From a virus, in IMG/VR virus record IMGVR_UViG_3300045988_176357, positions 64,001 through 128,000 of that record: 64,000 bases of DNA. One strand, 5' to 3'. The position numbers and the translations under genes are program-made. Below the pieces are notes generated by a model. The model was not told where the DNA came from. It saw only the letters and a list, made by a program, of their open reading frames with translations, and searched no databases. Positions 61,367-64,000 of this stretch are shown in pieces (position 1 is the stretch's first letter; each line of letters opens with the position of its first letter).

Positions 61367-61627
61367 ATGAAAAGAAACAATTATGTATTCGCAGTACTGA
61401 GCTCAGGTATATTCCACACGTATATCGAAGCTGCATTTGATAGTGAGCTGTTGGCAATTGCGTACATGCAGAAACGTCTTGATGCTGTGCGGGCAAAGCA
61501 CAAACGAGGATATGGTGGCAGATGGCGTACTGAACCTGACGGGTCGAGAACTGTCATGCTCAGGATGTGTAATCAGCCACACATCCAGCTGAATCTGCAG
61601 AAACTCACCATACAAACCCACCTGTAA
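61367..61627 (+). CDS. Small protein, paralog of 61664..61960
   Basis: Shares AYMQKRLDAVRAKHKRGYGGRWRT with AYMQHRIDMYKRKHRRGWGGKWNT in the next gene. Confidence 0.5.
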   Translation: MKRNNYVFAVLSSGIFHTYIEAAFDSELLAIAYMQKRLDAVRAKHKRGYGGRWRTEPDGSRTVMLRMCNQPHIQLNLQKLTIQTHL

Positions 61628-61663
61628 CCAACACATATACGAAATAACTGAAAGGAAAGACCC

Positions 61664-61960
61664 ATGGCAAAAAATAAGAAATGCGCATACATTGTACTGA
61701 GAGATGACAGATTTTATGACTGCCTGTCAGGAGTCGAAGCTTTGTTCGACACAGCAGAAGCAGCTAAAGCCTACATGCAGCATCGTATCGACATGTACAA
61801 AAGGAAACACAGGCGAGGATGGGGCGGCAAATGGAACACTAAGGCGCCGATGAATGAAGAATGCGAAGCCGAAATACGTGCAGGTGACGGCTATTGGTAC
61901 ACACTGTATGTAGAGAAATTTATCATACACACAAAAGAAGATATAAAGGAGCTTGAATGA
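61664..61960 (+). CDS. Small protein, paralog of 61367..61627
   Basis: See the paralog entry; TGA stop. Confidence 0.5.
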   Translation: MAKNKKCAYIVLRDDRFYDCLSGVEALFDTAEAAKAYMQHRIDMYKRKHRRGWGGKWNTKAPMNEECEAEIRAGDGYWYTLYVEKFIIHTKEDIKELE

Positions 61961-62364
61961 TCGTTATCAGTCGTCTTTATGTCTCCGGACTTCCTTTAGA
62001 TAAACTCGAGCAACTGGCAGATGAAATCAGCCACAAAGACTTCACAGACGGCTGTGTCTTCGCATGCTCTGTCCACAAGGATGCTGCTAGGATGTACATA
62101 GACACCTTTGAAGGCGTCGCTACCGACCAGATGGACGATGATCTCAACGAGATTGGCAGACTCGCGCTGAATTATGGTTGCCGCATTGCAGGCAAAATCT
62201 TCCAATTTGGTGAATTTGCAGTATGGTCCGGAAACTTCAATGATGTGAATGAGATCGAATGGGTTGACATGACTCTGTTCATGGAACTGCCCACACACGA
62301 GCTCAGAAAACTTGCAACATATGTAGGTGCCGACAATGTCGTACAAGCTCAACACAAATGTTAA
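61957..62364 (+). CDS. Hypothetical early protein (135 aa)
   Basis: ATGA overlap with upstream stop; TAA stop. Confidence 0.45.
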   Translation: MIVISRLYVSGLPLDKLEQLADEISHKDFTDGCVFACSVHKDAARMYIDTFEGVATDQMDDDLNEIGRLALNYGCRIAGKIFQFGEFAVWSGNFNDVNEIEWVDMTLFMELPTHELRKLATYVGADNVVQAQHKC

Positions 62365-63136
62365 GCCGCTTACTGCTGCACAGGAAAAAGAGGCATTCGC
62401 AGACTTCCATTCCCAAGATACAAAGAAAAGCGAGGCTGCTGCCGACCTGCTGCTTTCCGCTAACTCAAAATTGATCTTTAAATTGGCGCAGGAATTCAAG
62501 CACCATCCCATTCCTTTCGACGATCTCATAGCCGAAGGTTGTGTAGGTCTTATGGTAGCGGCTGGGAAGTTCGACATCAACAGAGGAACACGCTTCATTA
62601 CATATGCAGCATGGTGGATAAAACAGCGGATGCGCAAAGCTGTGGAAACACAGAGCCGCACAGTGCGAGTACCTGCAAAGACACATGTGACCAAGTCCAG
62701 ACTCCTCAGGATGCAAGACCAGCTGAGAGACGAACTAGGTTACCAGCCGGACATCTATCAGCTGTCCGAGTACACGGGCATGCCTGAATCCAAGATCAAG
62801 ACGCTGCTGAACAGCCTTGGGCACGGTGTGTCTGTAGATGCGGAATCAGAAGACACTGAAATGTCCAACCTGGAGAAGGCACGTGTAGCCATTGCCGATG
62901 ATCTTGGTGACCTGCTGGACGACTCCGAGCTGCTGGACGAGATGCGCAAAGCTTTCAAGCGCCTTCCTAAACGTGACCAATTCGTGCTTGGTATCAGGTA
63001 TGGACTTGATGGCGGCGGCGTATCCACACTGGAGGAAGTCGCGCAGGAAGTCGGCAGGTGCAGAGAACGATGCAGACAACTTCAGGAAGAAGCCTTAAGG
63101 AAGCTTCGCAGAGAAATCAGAAAACGAACAAGTTGA
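62336..63136 (+). CDS. Sigma-70 family sigma factor (TAG-free early copy); start ATG 62336 or GTG 62327
   Basis: Region 2 DLIAEGCVGLMVAAGKFDINRGTRFITYAAWWIKQRMRKAV; region 3 RTVRVPAKTHV; region 4 LPKRDQFVLGIRYGLDGGGVSTLEEVAQEVGRCRERCRQLQEEALRKLR. Confidence 0.85.
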   Translation: MSYKLNTNVKPLTAAQEKEAFADFHSQDTKKSEAAADLLLSANSKLIFKLAQEFKHHPIPFDDLIAEGCVGLMVAAGKFDINRGTRFITYAAWWIKQRMRKAVETQSRTVRVPAKTHVTKSRLLRMQDQLRDELGYQPDIYQLSEYTGMPESKIKTLLNSLGHGVSVDAESEDTEMSNLEKARVAIADDLGDLLDDSELLDEMRKAFKRLPKRDQFVLGIRYGLDGGGVSTLEEVAQEVGRCRERCRQLQEEALRKLRREIRKRTS

Positions 63137-63142
63137 GGCACT

Positions 63143-63448
63143 ATGAAAAACGTATACACAGTGTGTGTCAGCAAACCGGGCAAAAGTCTGATGCGTTCTG
63201 TCACATGTTCTACAGCGAGCCTTGCCAGCTATTACATGCTGTACATGGTCGAGCAATACAATAAGGAACACAAAGACGTGGCGATCAATGCTATGGAAGG
63301 TCCTGACGGCAATATCGACGAAGTGCGCATTGCGGATAAGGATGGCAAGCAGATAGCCTGGATCTTCATTGTTGAAGTTCCTGTACACGCAAAGAAATCG
63401 GATACAGCCAAACTCGGTATGGCTCCCATATTGAAGTGGCTGGAATAA
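63143..63448 (+). CDS. Hypothetical early protein (101 aa)
   Basis: TAG-free, TAA stop. Confidence 0.45.
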   Translation: MKNVYTVCVSKPGKSLMRSVTCSTASLASYYMLYMVEQYNKEHKDVAINAMEGPDGNIDEVRIADKDGKQIAWIFIVEVPVHAKKSDTAKLGMAPILKWLE

Positions 63449-63899
63449 AACTCAAATCAAAATCTAAAATGTCTTCAAAGTAAATGAGAATGACGGTGTG
63501 CAGCTATTAAAAGGAGACACCATGACAAAGTCAGCCTTGAAATTCCTCACCAACATTCACATAGCCCCCTAGGAACGCCTTATAAGGCAGAATACGTTTG
63601 CCACATAGAGAACACAGTAGCGCAAGCGTAAGCCCACGGCTAAGGTAAGACCGACACAGGGTGTAAGCCGATAACCGGCACACCTATTGCAAGAAGACAT
63701 CATCAAGTTCCTTCGTAAGCTGCTATATATAGTCACAGGTATTATTTACACACCTGAACGCAACAAGCTGATTCATAAGCTAACAGCAGAAGCATCCAGG
63801 TATTGTAAAAGACAAGTCACTGAAGACGAAATATACAGCTCCGAATGGAGTAAACCGAACAAAGTAATAAAAGTTTATAACTGTAAAAAGGAGAATAAA

Positions 63900-64000
63900 A
63901 TGAAACGTTGGATTCCAGCACGAAAAGCAGTGCTTCTCCTGCTGTTGGTGCTGGTCGTTGCGGCATTCATGCCGACTACAGTGATAGCTACACTGGTGGC
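63900..64000 (+). CDS. Signal-peptide/TM protein, 3'-partial (MKRWIPARKAVLLLLLVLVVAAFMPTTVIATLV...)
   Basis: ATG with AGGAGA upstream; runs off the window end. Confidence 0.35.
   Translation, partial: MKRWIPARKAVLLLLLVLVVAAFMPTTVIATLV

Noticed and set aside
61996-62694. 232-aa minus-strand ORF
   Set aside because: Antisense to the sigma-factor and upstream early genes, which have strong motif support.
1-64000. CRISPR array, integrase or other prophage-border features
   Set aside because: No spaced direct repeats and no tyrosine/serine recombinase motifs were seen. The aberrant tRNA-like element could be an att remnant, but there is no supporting integrase.

Overview
This window reads as part of a large tailed, probably contractile-tailed (myovirus-like) phage genome in which TAG is a sense codon, most likely glutamine. 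Almost every long + strand frame from 1 to about 57300, and the − strand terminase frame at 59119..60936, is open only if TAG is read through; TAA and TGA are the stops actually used. The strongest evidence is the conserved RpoB QRQA motif, written cag-TAG-cgt-TAG-gct at 928-942. Two modules avoid TAG: a capsid cluster at 20213-24309 (0-2 in-frame TAGs per gene) and a putative early module at 60973-63450 (no TAG, carrying a sigma-70 factor). Gene content I could support: a bacterial-type RNA polymerase beta subunit fused in frame to the N-terminal half of beta' (1..5889); a separate beta' C-terminal half (about 10995..13319) split at the cyanobacterial rpoC1/rpoC2-like position; five Hint/intein insertions (two in RpoB, a LAGLIDADG-containing one at the beta' NADFDGD catalytic loop, a mini-intein in beta'C, a mini-intein in a hypothetical protein); an ATP-dependent ligase-like gene; a Pro/Ala/Met/Gly tandem-repeat protein; Gly-zipper membrane-like proteins; a scaffold/capsid/terminator module; a Lar-like zinc-ribbon gene on the − strand; a tRNA-Met(CAU) and an aberrant 117-nt tRNA-like element; lysis-like small membrane proteins; a sheath-tube-fiber-tape-measure tail module; a second, TAG-rich sigma factor embedded in the tail genes; tail-fiber genes; a 1.1-kb hairpin-dense noncoding hub; and a − strand large terminase with a T4-like RQxGKT Walker A. 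No CRISPR array and no CUA-anticodon suppressor tRNA was found in the window. Coordinates come from manual codon-by-codon reading. Stretches about 27832-30394, 41913-45782 and 47367-53520 were only partly resolved; they appear to carry further TAG-recoded + strand ORFs.
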